From contig NW_027266273.1 of the NCBI RefSeq assembly GCF_022045235.1, forward strand, positions 28,830,001 through 28,894,000: 64,000 bases of DNA, in the 5' to 3' direction. The position numbers and the translations under genes were made by a program. Origin of the DNA: Haliotis cracherodii (taxonomy: Eukaryota). Shown here in pieces: positions 37,810-51,242 of the stretch (the first letter of the stretch is position 1; each line of letters begins with the position of its first letter). The notes beneath the pieces were generated by a model. The model made no database searches. It was not told where the DNA came from and saw only the letters and a list, made by a program, of their open reading frames with translations.

Positions 37810-40800
37810 TTTTTCCTTCCTTCCTTCCGCACAACCCTACTTCCACACACCCTCCTTTCCGCACACCCTTTCTTCCACACACCCGTCTTTCCGCACACCC
37901 CTCCTTCCACACACCCTTCCTTTCAAACACCCATCTTTCCGCACATCTTGCTTTCCACACACCCGTCTTTCTCCATACCCCTCCTTCCACACACCCTTCC
38001 TTCCGCACACCCCTACTTCCACACACCCTTCCTTCCGCACAGCCCTACTTCCACATACCCCTCCTTCCGCACAGCCTTCCTTCCGCACACCCCTACTTCC
38101 ACACACCCTTCCTTCCGCACAGCCCTACTTCCACATACCCCTCCTTCCACACAGCCTTCCTTTCACACACCCGTCTTTCCGCACACCCCTCCTTCCACAC
38201 ACCCTTCCTTTCAAACACCCATCTTTCCGCACATCTTGCTTTCCACACACCCGTCTTTCCGCACACCCCTACTTCCACATACCCCTCCTTCCACACAGAC
38301 TTCTTTCCACACACCCTTCTTTCCACATACCCCTCCTTCCACTCACCCTTCCTTTCACACACCCGTCTTTCAGCACACCTTGCTTTCCACACACCTTTCC
38401 ACACACCGCATACCCCTCCTTCCATACACCCTTCCTTCCGCATACCCCTCCTTCCACACACCCTTCCTTCCGCACAACCCTACTTCCACATACCCTTCCT
38501 TCCGCACAGCCTTCCTTCCACAAACCCGTCTTTCCGTACACCCTTCTTTCCACACACCCCTCCTTCCGCACACCCCTACTTCCACACACCCTTCTTTCCG
38601 CACACCCTTCTTTCAAAACACCCTTCTTTACACACACCCGTCTTTCCGCACATCCCTCCTTCCATACACACCCTTCTTTCCGCACACCCCTCCTTCCACA
38701 CACCCTTCTTTCCGCACATCCCTCGTTCCTCACACCCTTCCTTCCGCACATCCCTACTTCTATACACACCCGTCTGTCCGCACACCCCTCCTTCCACACA
38801 CCCGTCTTTCCGCACATCCCTATTTCCATACCCACCCGTCTTTCCGCACACCCTTCTTTCCGCACATCCCTCCTTCCTCACACCCTTCCTTCCGCACACC
38901 CCTACTTCCACACACCCGTCTTTCCGCACATCCCTCCTTCCTCACACCCTTCCTTCCGCACACCTCTACTTCCACACACCCGTCTTTCCGCACATCCCTA
39001 CTTCCATACACACCCTTCTGTCCGCAAACCCTTCTTTCCGCACACCCCTACTTCCACACACCCGTCTTTATGCACATCCCTACTTCCATACACACCCGTC
39101 TTTCCGCACACCCTTCTTTCCGCACACCCCTCCTTCCACACACCCGTCTTTCCGCACATCCCTCCTTCCTCACACCCTTCCTGCCACACACCCCTACTTT
39201 CACACACCCGTCTTTCCGCACCCCCCTTCCATACACACCCCTCCTTCCACACACCCTTCCTTTCACAAACCCGTCTTTCCGCACATCCCTCCTTCCACAC
39301 ACCTTCCTTTCGCAAACCCGTCTTTCCGCACACCCCTCCTTCCACACACCCTTCCTTCCACACACCCCTACTTCCACATACCCCTCCTTCCACACAGCCT
39401 TCCTTCCACACACCCCTACTTCCACATACCCCTCCTTTCACACAGCCTTCCTTCCACACACCCGTCTTTCCGCACATCCCTCCTTCCGCATACCCTTCTT
39501 TCCACACACCCTTCTTTCCGCACATCCCTCCTTCCTCACACCCTTCCTTCCGCACACCCCTACTTCCACACACCCGTCTTTCCGCACATCCCTCCTTCCT
39601 CACACCCTTCCTTCCGCACACCTCTACTTCCACACACCCGTCTTTCCGCACATCCCTACTTCCATACACACCCTTCTGTCCGCAAACCCTTCTTTCCGCA
39701 CACCCCTACTTCCACACACCCGTCTTTATGCACATCCCTACTTCCATACACACCCTTTTTTCCGCACACCCTTCTTTCCGCACACCCCTCCTTCCACACA
39801 CCCGTCTTTCCGCACATCCCTCCTTCCTCACACCCTTCCTGCCACACACCCCTACTTTCACACACCCGTCTTTCCGCACCCCCCTTCCATACACACCCCT
39901 CCTTCCACACACCCTTCCTTTCACAAACCCGTCTTTCCGCACATCCCTCCTTCCACACACCTTCCTTTCGCAAACCCGTCTTTCCGCACACCCCTCCTTC
40001 CACACACCCTTCCTTCCACACACCCCTACTTCCACATACCCCTCCTTCCACACAGCCTTCCTTCCACACACCCCTACTTCCACATACCCCTCCTTTCACA
40101 CAGCCTTCCTTCCACACACCCGTCTTTCCGCACATCCCTCCTTCCGCATACCCTTCTTTCCACACACCCTTCTTTCCGCACAGCCCTCCTTCCACACAGC
40201 CTTCCTTCCACACACCCGTCTTTCAGCACATCCCTCCTTCCACACACCCTTCTTTCCACACACCCTTCTTTCCGCACATCCCTCCTTCCACACAGCCTTC
40301 CTTCCACACACCCGTCTTTCAGCACATCCCTCCTTCCACACACCCTTCTTTCCACACACCCTTCTTTCCGCACATCCCTCCTTCCACACACCCCTCCTTT
40401 CACACACCCGTCTTTCCGCACACCTTGCTTTCCACACACCCTTCTTTCCGCACATCCCTCCTTCCACACACCCCTCCTTCCACACACCCTTCTTTCCGCA
40501 CATCCCTCCTTCCACACACCCCTCCTTCCACACACCCTTCTTTCCGCTCACCCTTCTTTCCGCACACCCTTCCTTCCACACACCCTTCCTTCCACACACC
40601 CTTCCTTCCACACACCCTTCCTTCCACACACCCTTTTTTCCACACACCCTTCTTTCCGCACACCCTTCCTTCCACACACCCTTCCTTCCACACACCCTTC
40701 CTTCCACACACCCTTCTTTCCACACACCCGTCTTTCCGCACACCCCTCCTTCCACACACCCTTCCTTCCACACACCCCTACTTCCACATACCCCTCCTTC

Positions 40801-41622
40801 CACACAGCCTTCCTTCCACACACCCCTACTTCCACATACCCATCCTTTCACACAGCCTTCCTTCCACACACCCGTCTTTCCGCACATCCCTCCTTCCGCA
40901 TACCCTTCTTTCCACACACCCTTCTTTCCGCACAGCCCTCCTTCCACACAGCCTTCCTTCCACACACCCGTCTTTCAGCACATCCCTCCTTCCACACACC
41001 CTTCTTTCCACACACCCTTCTTTCCGCACATCCCTCCTTCCACACACCCTTCTTTCCACACACCCTTCTTTCCGCACATCCCTCCTTCCACACACCCTTC
41101 TTTCCACACACCCTTCTTTCCGCACATCCCTCCTTCCACACACCCCTCCTTTCACACACCCGTCTTTCCGCACACCTTGCTTTCCACACACCCTTCTTTC
41201 CGCACATCCCTCCTTCCACACACCCCTCCTTCCACACACCCTTCTTTCCGCACATCCTTCCTTCCACACACCCTTCCTTCCACACACCCTTCCTTCCACA
41301 CACCCTTTTTTCCACACACCTTTCTTTCCGCACACCCTTCCTTCCACACACCCTTCCTTCCACACACCCTTCCTTCCACACACCCTTCTTTCCACACACC
41401 CGCCTTTTCGCACATCCCTCCTTCCACACACCCTTCTTTCGACACACACTTCTTTCCGCATACCCCTCCTTCGACACACCCTTCCTTTCACACACCTATC
41501 TTTCCACAAACCCTTCTTTCCACACACCCCTCCTTCAGCACACCCCTACTTCCACACACCCTTCTTTCCGCACACCCTTCCTTCCACACACCCGTCTTTC
41601 CGCACACCCTTCCTTCCACACT
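37810..41622. repeat. C-rich 16-bp minisatellite (CACACCCTTCCTTCCA), ~3.8 kb
   Basis: Stop-poor unit gives the spurious 1322 and 1228 aa ORFs in different frames. Confidence 0.97.
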
Positions 41623-42049
41623 TCTACCAGTTGAGTCCTACCCGAGAGCAGTGATAGCCTGCTACAGATGTAACGTTCATGAAAGAATAAATATTTCAGT
41701 CACGAGTCATTAATATATTACAGTTATTTTACCGAAATTTACGGTAAATTGTTAACCGTAGCTTGTGGACCGATTATTGTAATATTAGGGGGTGGATTTT
41801 ATCGAAAAACATGTATTATTCCCGAAAATTCCTGAAATATAAAATTACGTAATAATGCTTCAGACCGCTAAAAAATAAGAAAGTGATTGCCGAAAAAAAT
41901 ACATTGTTGTTAATGCTTTATTTCTTTTTAAAATCCAGGCTCATAGTTCAAATAAAAAACATATCTGGTTTTGTAGCTGGAGCTGAAAATTATTTAATTT
42001 CGACACAAAATCCCAGCAGGGGCAAAACTGAAATACAATAAATTAAACA

Positions 42050-42200
42050 TGCTTATAACGAACTGACGGATATTCTGAAATATGTTTTGATCTCGTCCAT
42101 TTGCTGTATATTTGCAGTACATATGCTTATAACGAACTGCGGTTATAACGAACTAAAATGTGTGGTCCCTTTGAGTTCGTTATAACTGTAGTTTACTGTA
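42050..42200. mobile_element. End of a pogo/Tigger-like non-autonomous DNA element
   Basis: Repeated TTATAACGAACT subterminal motif in both orientations, ending ...GTTATAACTGTAGTTTACTGTA. Confidence 0.5.
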
Positions 42201-44544
42201 TTGATCAACGCGGCGTTAAACAAAACACACACTGACGCGCGTAAGGGTTGATAGGCAAATGGACGTAAAGAGTGATACTGACATAAAGGGAATTGATAAT
42301 ACTAGATTTCAAGTTTCAAAGGACAACCTCAACGAATACAATCACAACCAATTACTGTGAACTGTTTAACTTCTACAGATTAATCTGTGTGCGTCCAGTG
42401 GGATTGGTGTTACATCGCACCCTGCACTATTATCATCCTTCAATGAACATCGGTGTCTATCGATCGCCAGATAGCTCCGGTGGACTGAGATTACATTCTG
42501 ATAACACACCGCACCCACCCGTCTTGTCATTGCTCTGAAACAGGTGCTACTGTGCGTTTAATACGCTGGATGTGATCAAATGTCACCTGGGCATAATGTC
42601 TCAGCGTTAGTTTGGGAATATGAGCCTCATCAGCAGCTGTGCGTCTCCGGCTGCATTCAACAGGAAGCCTCCCTAGATTCTGCCGTACATAGAGTCACGG
42701 GTGCGGCTCTAAGAATATCCATCTAATATAGCAAGCGTTGGTTTGTAAGGTCATACGAAGCACAATACCACTCAACTCCACTTTTCAATTTTCCCTCACA
42801 ATCCCAGTATTACTGAGTCCTAGATCTCACAGCAGGAGCTCTATTCACATTCTCCGTTGTGCAACCCGGGTGATATTTCTCTCTGCAGGAGGGGCATTCA
42901 CAACATTGATCAGATCAGCCGACTGTGATCGATCTGATTCTCTGATCAATCACACAGAACCAATATCCGATTGGAAGACGAACGTAACACAAATGTTTTA
43001 TAACAACTAAACACGAAGCCAGCAAACCGCCATCATCTCTTTCAGCGTTGCTGCCTAATCTGAACAATGTGTTTAACATGGTAATTGATGCATTGTCGGG
43101 GTGTATGAAACCTTATACAACTAGCGTCATTTTCAATATACCCTGAGTGACAGGCGTGAAATGTTATACAACAAGGGATCATATCAAACTTGGACTAGTC
43201 GCGTTTGATGCCAGTCAAGTTTATGGAAAGTACTATCATTATGTAAAGTGGTTACGTTTTTTGTATGTTCCGAAGTATGACATAAGAATAGGTCGCAGTT
43301 AGATCATGATGAGTGTATTCTGCACGTTAATCACAACCGGAATAATCTCATCAATGTCTGCGAATGACGAGGCTGCATCAACAGGCCGTAGGCTGAATGT
43401 AATCAAAGTTAGATGGAAAAAGCTGTTTCGTTCAATTGCAATTAATTATCCTTTTTTAGAACATATAGGCATTGTATAATGGAGCAATTAATTACTTCGG
43501 TAAACTAATACTGGTAGTCAAGGGAACGATTTATATACAGGAAACTTTACTTTTTGCCATTGTTCACCCTATTCAAACGTCACACATACCACTCAGTCTG
43601 TACGTCATGTTAAATCACAATGAAGTAAAAAAAGCACGATTGAAAGGCAGATGACTTGCATAATTAATATTTAGAATTGAACAGCCCTCGGGCGATACCA
43701 GGCGAACACAGGTTCACATGTATTGGTTTAAGTTTACTGATGACGTCCCCCACGTTGATCAATTGGGAGGTTGTGTTTGGTATTGATACAACCTGGTCAC
43801 ATGGGTCTGCTTCCAACCCTCACCCGCATCGCCGTCCACGTACCACCAGCCCAGCCCTCACTGTACAGCGCCAAATGTCAGTAGGCTGCTTGCTGCCTTT
43901 ATTGGAAGTAAGCGTGTGTGGTTCACTGATTGGAGCATAATTTGGAGTACGGAGCATTATTGGTAATCTTCCCACGACTTTGATGATTCACTTTGAATTG
44001 ACGGGTTTCCTTTAGTTACTTAATATATATAAAGCTTAGTTCAAGCTAGACTCATGTCAAGGTAATGAACAGTACTACGGTTTTTTTTCAAAAGGCTGAC
44101 GAATTCCTGATATCCAGGTAAACCGTAAGCGTGGCATCAACATATTGAGTGCATTTAGAATTCTGACACTGCTTTTAACATAGTATTTTACTACGTGAGA
44201 ACGAAAAACTTCAGTTTTATGTATTCCATGTAATTGTGTGAATTTGAATATGTTTGAATATGTGTGTGTATCTGTTGTATTGTGTGTATTTTTGTATGTA
44301 TTGTTTGTATGTGAATGTATTTATGAACGTATCCTTTGTGACAGTCAGTACACATGTTTATTCTTGTCACTGGAGCAGGACATACAATCTGGTCCAGGAT
44401 TCATTCTGGGTTCTATCACGCTAAACGACTTAACCAGTTATGATGCAGGTGACTTCGTATTGATGTATAATTTCAACAGTGTCGATCAAATATTGATACT
44501 CATTCTTATCTTGACCTATTTCAATATTTCACTCCGGGTGTGAC

Positions 44545-46470
44545 TGTAATGCAGGCGTTATCCGTGTGTAGTGCAGGGCTGTTAGCGTTATCCTTGTGTA
44601 TTGCAGGCGTTATCTTTGTGTATTGCAGGCGTTATCCTTGTGTAATGCAGGCGTTATCCTTTTGTATTGCAGACGTTATCTTTGTGTATTGCAGGCGTTA
44701 TCCTTGTGTAGTGCAGGCGTTATCCTTGTGTAATGCAGGCGTTATCCTTGTGTAATGCAGGCGTTATCCTTGTGTATTGGAGGGCTGTTAGCGTTATCCT
44801 TGTGTATTGCAGGCGTTATCTTTGTGTATTGCAGGCGTTATCCTTGTGTAATGCAGGCGTTATCCTTGTGTAGTGCAGGCGTTATCCTTGTGTACTGCAG
44901 GCGTTATCCTTGTGTATTGGAGGGCTGTTAGCGTTATCCTTGTGTATTGCAGGCGTTATCTTTGTGTATTGCAGGCGTTATCCTTGTGTAATGCAGGCGT
45001 TATCCTTGTGTAGTGCAGGCGTTATCCTTGTGTAGTGCAGGCGTTATCCTTGTGTATTGCAGGCGTTATCCTTGTGTAATGCAGGCGTTATCTTTGTGTA
45101 GTGCAGGCGTTATCCTTGTGTAATGCAGGCGTTATCCCTGTGTATTGCAGACGTTATCCTTGTGTATTGCAGGCGTTATCCTTGTGTAGTGCAGGCGTTA
45201 TCCTTGTGTAGTGCAGGCGTTATCCTTGTGTATTGCAGGGCTGTTAGCGTTATCCTTGTATATTGCAGGCGTTATCCTTGTGTAATGCAGGCTTTATCCT
45301 TGTGTATTGCAGGGCTCTTAGCGTTATCCTTGTGTAGTGCAGGCGTTATCCTTGTGTAGTGCAGGCGTTATCCTTGTGTATTTCAGGCGTTATCCTTGTG
45401 TAATGCAGGCGTTATCCTTGTGTATTTCAGGCTTTATCCTTGTGTATTTCAGGTGTTATCCTTGTATATTTCAGGCGTTATCCTTGTGTATTTCAGGTGT
45501 TATCCTTGTGTATTTCAGGCTTTATCCTTGTGTATTTCAGGTGTTATCCTTGTATATTTCAGGCGTTATCCTTGTGTATTTCAGGTGTTATCCTTGTGTA
45601 TTTCAGGCTTTATCCTTGTGTATTTCAGGTGTTATCCTTGTGTATTTCAGGCGTTATCCTTGTGTATTTCAGGCGTTATCCTTGTGTATTTCAGGTGTTA
45701 TCCTTGTGTATTTCAGGCTTTATCCTTGTGTATTTCAGGTGTTATCCTTGTGTATTTCAGGCGTTATCCTTGTGTATTTCAGGTGTTATCCGTGTGTATT
45801 TCAGGCGTTATCCTTGTGTAGTGCAGGCGTTATCCGTGTGTATTGCAGGTGTTGTCCTTGTGTAATGCAGGCTTTATCCTTGTGTATTGCAGGGCTCTTA
45901 GCGTTATCCTTGTGTAGTGCAGGCGTTATCCTTGTGTAGTGCAGGCGTTATCCTTGTGTATTTCAGGCGTTATCCTTGTGTAATGCAGGCGTTATCCGTA
46001 TGTATTGCAGGGCTGTTAGCGTTATCCTTGTGTATTGCAGGCGTTATCCTTGTGTAGTGCAGGCGTGTTCCTTGTGCATTGCAGGCGTTATCCGTGTGCA
46101 TTGCAGGTGTTATCCGTGTGTATTGCAGGCGTTATCCGTGTGTATTGCAGGTGTTATCCTTGTGTATTGCAGGCGTTATCCGTGTGTATTGCAGGCGTTA
46201 TCCTTGTGTATTGCAATGATGATAGCGTGATCCTTGTGTATCGCAGGCGTTATGCTTGTGTATTGCAATGGTGATAGCGTTACCCTTGTGTATTGCAGGC
46301 GTTATCCTTGTGTATTGCAATGATGATAGCGTTATACCTGGGTATTGCAGGCGTTATCCTTGTGTATTGCAATGATGATAGCGTTATCCTTGTTTATTGC
46401 AGGCGTTATCCTTGTGTATTGCAGGCGTTATCCTTGTGTATTGTAGGTGTTATCCTTGTGTATTTCAGGC
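44545..46470. repeat. 22-bp minisatellite (GCAGGCGTTATCCTTGTGTATT)
   Basis: Direct reading. Confidence 0.97.
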
Positions 46471-48689
46471 GATGACATGCAGCTTGTTGCGCTGAACCCA
46501 CGACTCGGGACGGAGGTTTACCTGGAGGCTGGAGCAAGGTCAAGGACAGCTGAAACGTTACTCTCGTGAGGTTTGTAGAATATGTATTGCTTGATGTCTC
46601 ACATATGACATTGGACAGAAGCTACTGACGTCACATGACGTGCCTCACATGATGTTCACTACGTATCAGGAAAAGGCTTCTTTGCTTCAATACCCCTTAG
46701 CTACATATCAAACAAGAGATACAATTTGATCTAAAATATCGATATAACAATATTCTTTCTTTGAACCAATGCTTATCAAAAGGAAAATCTATTTTCACTT
46801 CATGGACGCTAGTATTGAATGAGTGCAAGATTGACGAGTAGTGTCAGATACATTTTGCCTTAAGGATTCTGTTTGTGATATGCTGGTACCCGTTTAAGAA
46901 ATGTTCACAGTTCTGCTCTCGGGTACTGAGTTGATAAAGGTGAGAGAACATTTCATCCATTTACAGGCAACAGCTTTCAGTTCCAACAAACCTATTCAGG
47001 CCACACATGTACATAGTGGAGGCCTGATGTAACGTTTTTGACCAGCCAAGAGTTTAGAGACATTGCTCACATTGCAGCTGCACGTGCTAATCTTACACTC
47101 AAGCGGCAAAACCATTTCCATAATAATGACATATCGCTACTTCCCGCAGGGTTCATTGTACGATTCCGACAGACAGGGTGGGTGTCAGGTGTTCGCAACA
47201 GGTGTTACTTTACTGAGGCCTTGAATATCGGGCCTAGTTTATCACTGGCAGGGGTTCCTCACACTGTCGTGTGGTGTGCATAGAATGTACAGTACATAAT
47301 GTACAGTTTGTTAATTCCACCCAATCACTGAGGGGTGTCATCTGATTCCCTTGTTCCGATTAGTTTTAAACATCCACATTCCATCCTGATGCTGACAGTG
47401 AGGCGCGAGATATGGAACGTGCGGGAATCAGTGTGAAGATGTAAAACTAATTCCCTCCAAGATCCGCAACACGATCACCTTGAGGAGTTCACATGATGGT
47501 ACCCTGTCAGACGTGGTACTCCGTCAGTTTATACTGTAAGCATATCCGTCAGTTTATACTGTAAGCATATCCGTGTGCATATCCGCAACTCCAGTGCTAT
47601 GTCCAGAAGTAAATGATCGGACACCAATGTATTCATTTAGCTGACGTCCTTCATGTTACTGTGGAGGTGGTAGCCGTGGTTTATGTATTTGAAGCATGGA
47701 TCCGAACGATTTAGTTTTCACATACATGTACATTATCATCAGTCGATGTCCTTAAATGGCAATCGTGAGAAGATTCCTTTCTAATGTCTAACATGGCGGG
47801 AGAATGTCACGTACTGGGAGCATTGATCTGGATGAGGTGTTTCTTCAACAAACACCAAAGGGAGAAGCAGTGACATTTCCTGGACAAACATCTTCCATCT
47901 ATTATCTCACCTAAGTCATATTGAAGGGGAGCTTAAACTCGCGACGTAAAATCAATTCATCTCTTTATATAAATGATGTAAATCTCCTTGTGCGTTTCAA
48001 AGGTAATTTTTGTGAGTATTTATGAGATTACCCAAACACTTTTTTTTGCAAACAATACCTGAACTGGCATAAAGTACGAATTCCGTGTCTAGATGCAGTA
48101 ATGAGATAATTTCCTTCGATTCAACTCTACAATTCATTTAACTATCTGCCAATGTTTAACATGGCAAACTATGTTTACTGTTTGGCAGGGTTTGGCGAGA
48201 CGTTCATTCACAATCCATTCAACCCCGCCATCCTTTGCTGATTCAGATTCAGGGGTTTCAAACTTTTAGGTGGAACCTTTCGGAGTGCCTCTTCATTGCA
48301 GAGTTGTGTCCGCGTTCAGAGTGCACAAGAGTTCGGGAATCGATCTGCGTGTAACAAGTGCATGCAACTAGACATACTCAAGCATATCATGTGATGTTTA
48401 TACTTTATCAATAGGTTTAAACCCTGAGGAGGATGGCGAGCGAGACCTGGAACGCACCAGGGCCTGATATGATAGCCTATAATCGATGTAGGTTCTATGG
48501 GGGCATCTAGCTCCTATCACCACAAATTAATTGCCGCATTCAACCTAGTCTACGAGTCTATTTCCAGGATCTCTCAATTACACACACTGTTAAAAGTAGG
48601 ATCATGTTTCTATAAGATCTCGTCTGCGTTTTAGTTGAGATAGAAGTAGATTCTGTCTGCACATGTCCATTGCTAAATGCTTACAAATA

Positions 48690-49195
48690 AAACATCGTCC
48701 TAACTGCTACAACATCGTCCTCACAGCTACTAAATCGTCATAACTACTACAACATCGTGATCACTGCTACAACGTCATGTACACTGCTAAAACATCGTCC
48801 TCACGGCAGCAACATCATGCTCACTGCTACAACATCGTCTTCACTGCTAAAACATCGTCCTCACGGCAACAACATCATGCTCACTGCTACAACATCGTGC
48901 TCACTGCTACAACATTGTGCTAAGTGTTACAACATCGTGCTCACTACTACAACATCGTCTTCACTGCTAAAACATCGTCCTCACGGCAACAACATCATGC
49001 TCACTGCTACAACATCGTGCTCACTGCTACAACATTGTGCTAAATGTTACAACATCGTGCTCACTACTACAACATCCCCCTCACTGCTACAACATCGTGC
49101 TCACTGCTACAACATTGTGCTAAATGTTACAACATCGTGCTCACTACTACAACATCCCCTCACTGCTACAACATCGTGCTGACTGCTACAACATC
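48690..49195. repeat. 20-bp minisatellite (TCACTGCTACAACATCGTGC)
   Basis: Direct reading. Confidence 0.95.
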
Positions 49196-49654
49196 TTCAC
49201 TTGGAAACTCATCTCATATTGGTTGACAGAGACGGGCCTCAGTAAATACCACAGTTTGTCAAGGGCAATGAACAGGCAATAAGAGACTTTGGGCACGGAA
49301 ACATTATGTACAAAGAACTAGTAATGAAAGACGTTGGGTATAGAAACACGTGAACTAGGAACAGGCCATGAGAGACTAGAAACAAACCTGAGGGAAGAGT
49401 AACGATATAGTCACACATTGACCATCTGTATCTAACACATACCTCCATGTCTAAATGATGAGATCTGATTAGTTCATCCCTCATACCCCGCTTCGAAGCA
49501 AAAAGCCCTACGCTTTTTCCGAGACAATGAAAGTAACTTAGGGGCGTCCCACGTGGTCGGTTTCTCTTATAAGCCGACAGGTAATCCGCGTGTTGTGATT
49601 AGAATGTGCTTCTTTGATGTACCGACTATAGTCTATAGGGAATATTTATAGATA

Positions 49655-51072
49655 TACTGAGTCAAATTAAAAACTTCACATTTTTAAAAGTAATCCCATA
49701 TATGATATACCACGGACAAATGTATGAGAGAAGGTAATTTTTAATCATTAATGTCCAAAGAAGGATTTTAATTAACGGTGGTAACCATAATTTGTTCCAA
49801 GCACCTAAGGTATTACGTGATAACATCAACAGTTTAAATCATAAGTCCCAAGCACGAGAATATGATAGCACAAAGGTTCAGTAGCGTGTATGGCCACCAT
49901 GTGCGTTGACAACTTCCACACAACGCCTCCGCATGGACCTTGTGGTGCTTGTGAATACATGATTGGGAAGACGACGCCATCGTTGCAAAATGATCTAAAA
50001 ATTCTGTGGTTGGTTCTGGAGAGTTCTGGAGAGTTCTGCAAAGAGCATCCCAGACGTGTTCGATGGAATTGAGGTCGGGAGACCTTGACGGACAGTCCAT
50101 GACGTTGACTCCCGCATTCTGAAGGAAAAATTGCTGTGTGGGGTCTGGCATTGTCGTGTTGGAAGATCAAACCGGGTCCATGTGCTGCCATAAAAGGCAG
50201 AAGTTCTGGTGCCAGTACCTGGTCGCGGTAAGCAGCAGCGTTGAGGTTGCCACGGATGACAAGAAGCCTGGAACATGCATTGCCACAGAAAGCACCCCAC
50301 ACCATGTCACTACCGCCTCAAAATCTGTCAACTTCCTGTACACAACACTGGGCGTAACGTCCATCAGCAAATCGAAGATTGAATCGGGACTCATCACTGA
50401 AGACGACATGATTCCAATTCCTCTGAGTCCATCGTAAGTGTCGCTGTGCCCACAATTGACGTTGTCTGTGTAATTGAGTCAGAATCGGCCCGCAGTATGG
50501 CCGTCGTGCTTGAAGGTGAGCAGTTCTCAGACGGTTTCGAACAGTTTGCGCACTCAGTCTACCCCTAAACAGTTCATTTCTGGTTGATGCAGCCGTCAAA
50601 AATCGGTTACGGAGGTGACATAAGACAATCTGACGATCCTCTGCATGTGACGTCACACGTGGTCGACCTGGCCGAGGGCGATCAGCGGTGGTACCCGTTT
50701 GCTGTAGACGCGTGTGTAAATCATAAACAGTCCGTCGACTACAACTCATCGTCCTTGCGACTTCAGCTTCTGCAAAATGCCGATGGCACGTTCACGTTGC
50801 ACATTTGAAAGGCGTGGCATGACAAATGGCCGTCAAGACTTTTGCTTTCTTGTGTTTTTCTTTTTTTGTTAATGACTGCTGACAAGTATGGCTGAAAACA
50901 CGTACGGTATTATGGCCACGTGACCAGTTGCACGTGAAAAACCACTTTTGCCACAATAGTGCTGTGCACATGACTTTGGTCGATTCACCTGCACAAAAAC
51001 GGGTGTTATCTGAAGACAATACGTGGCCATGTTCTTTTGTAACGGTCGAAAGCGAGTTTCAAGTTGTCAGTA
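49655..51072 (-). mobile_element. Second Tc1-family transposon, decayed
   Basis: MPRLSNVQRERAIG (ATG ~50820), RPGRPRVTS, VVFSDESRF, VMVWGAF, FQHDNARPH, PSRSPDLNSIEHVW. Degenerate TIRs TACTGAGTCAAATTAAAACTTC / GAGTTTCAAGTTGTCAGTA. Confidence 0.9.
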
Positions 51073-51242
51073 TTTATTTTTCTTCACATGGCGTGTACCA
51101 CCTGATTTGAGCTGAAAAACGGTAACTTCAGCGAAAGACTGTTCTGTCTTTATAATGTCTAGAATCTTGAAGAGGTTAGGTGTGGAACCGGATGATTGTG
51201 TCAGTTGTTGTAGGTGGTCACTAAAACTAAATTAATCTATAA

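Noticed and set aside
37745-41713. 1322-aa and 1228-aa His/Pro-rich ORFs
   Set aside because: The 16-bp unit (not divisible by 3) lacks stops, so several frames are open; repeat artefact
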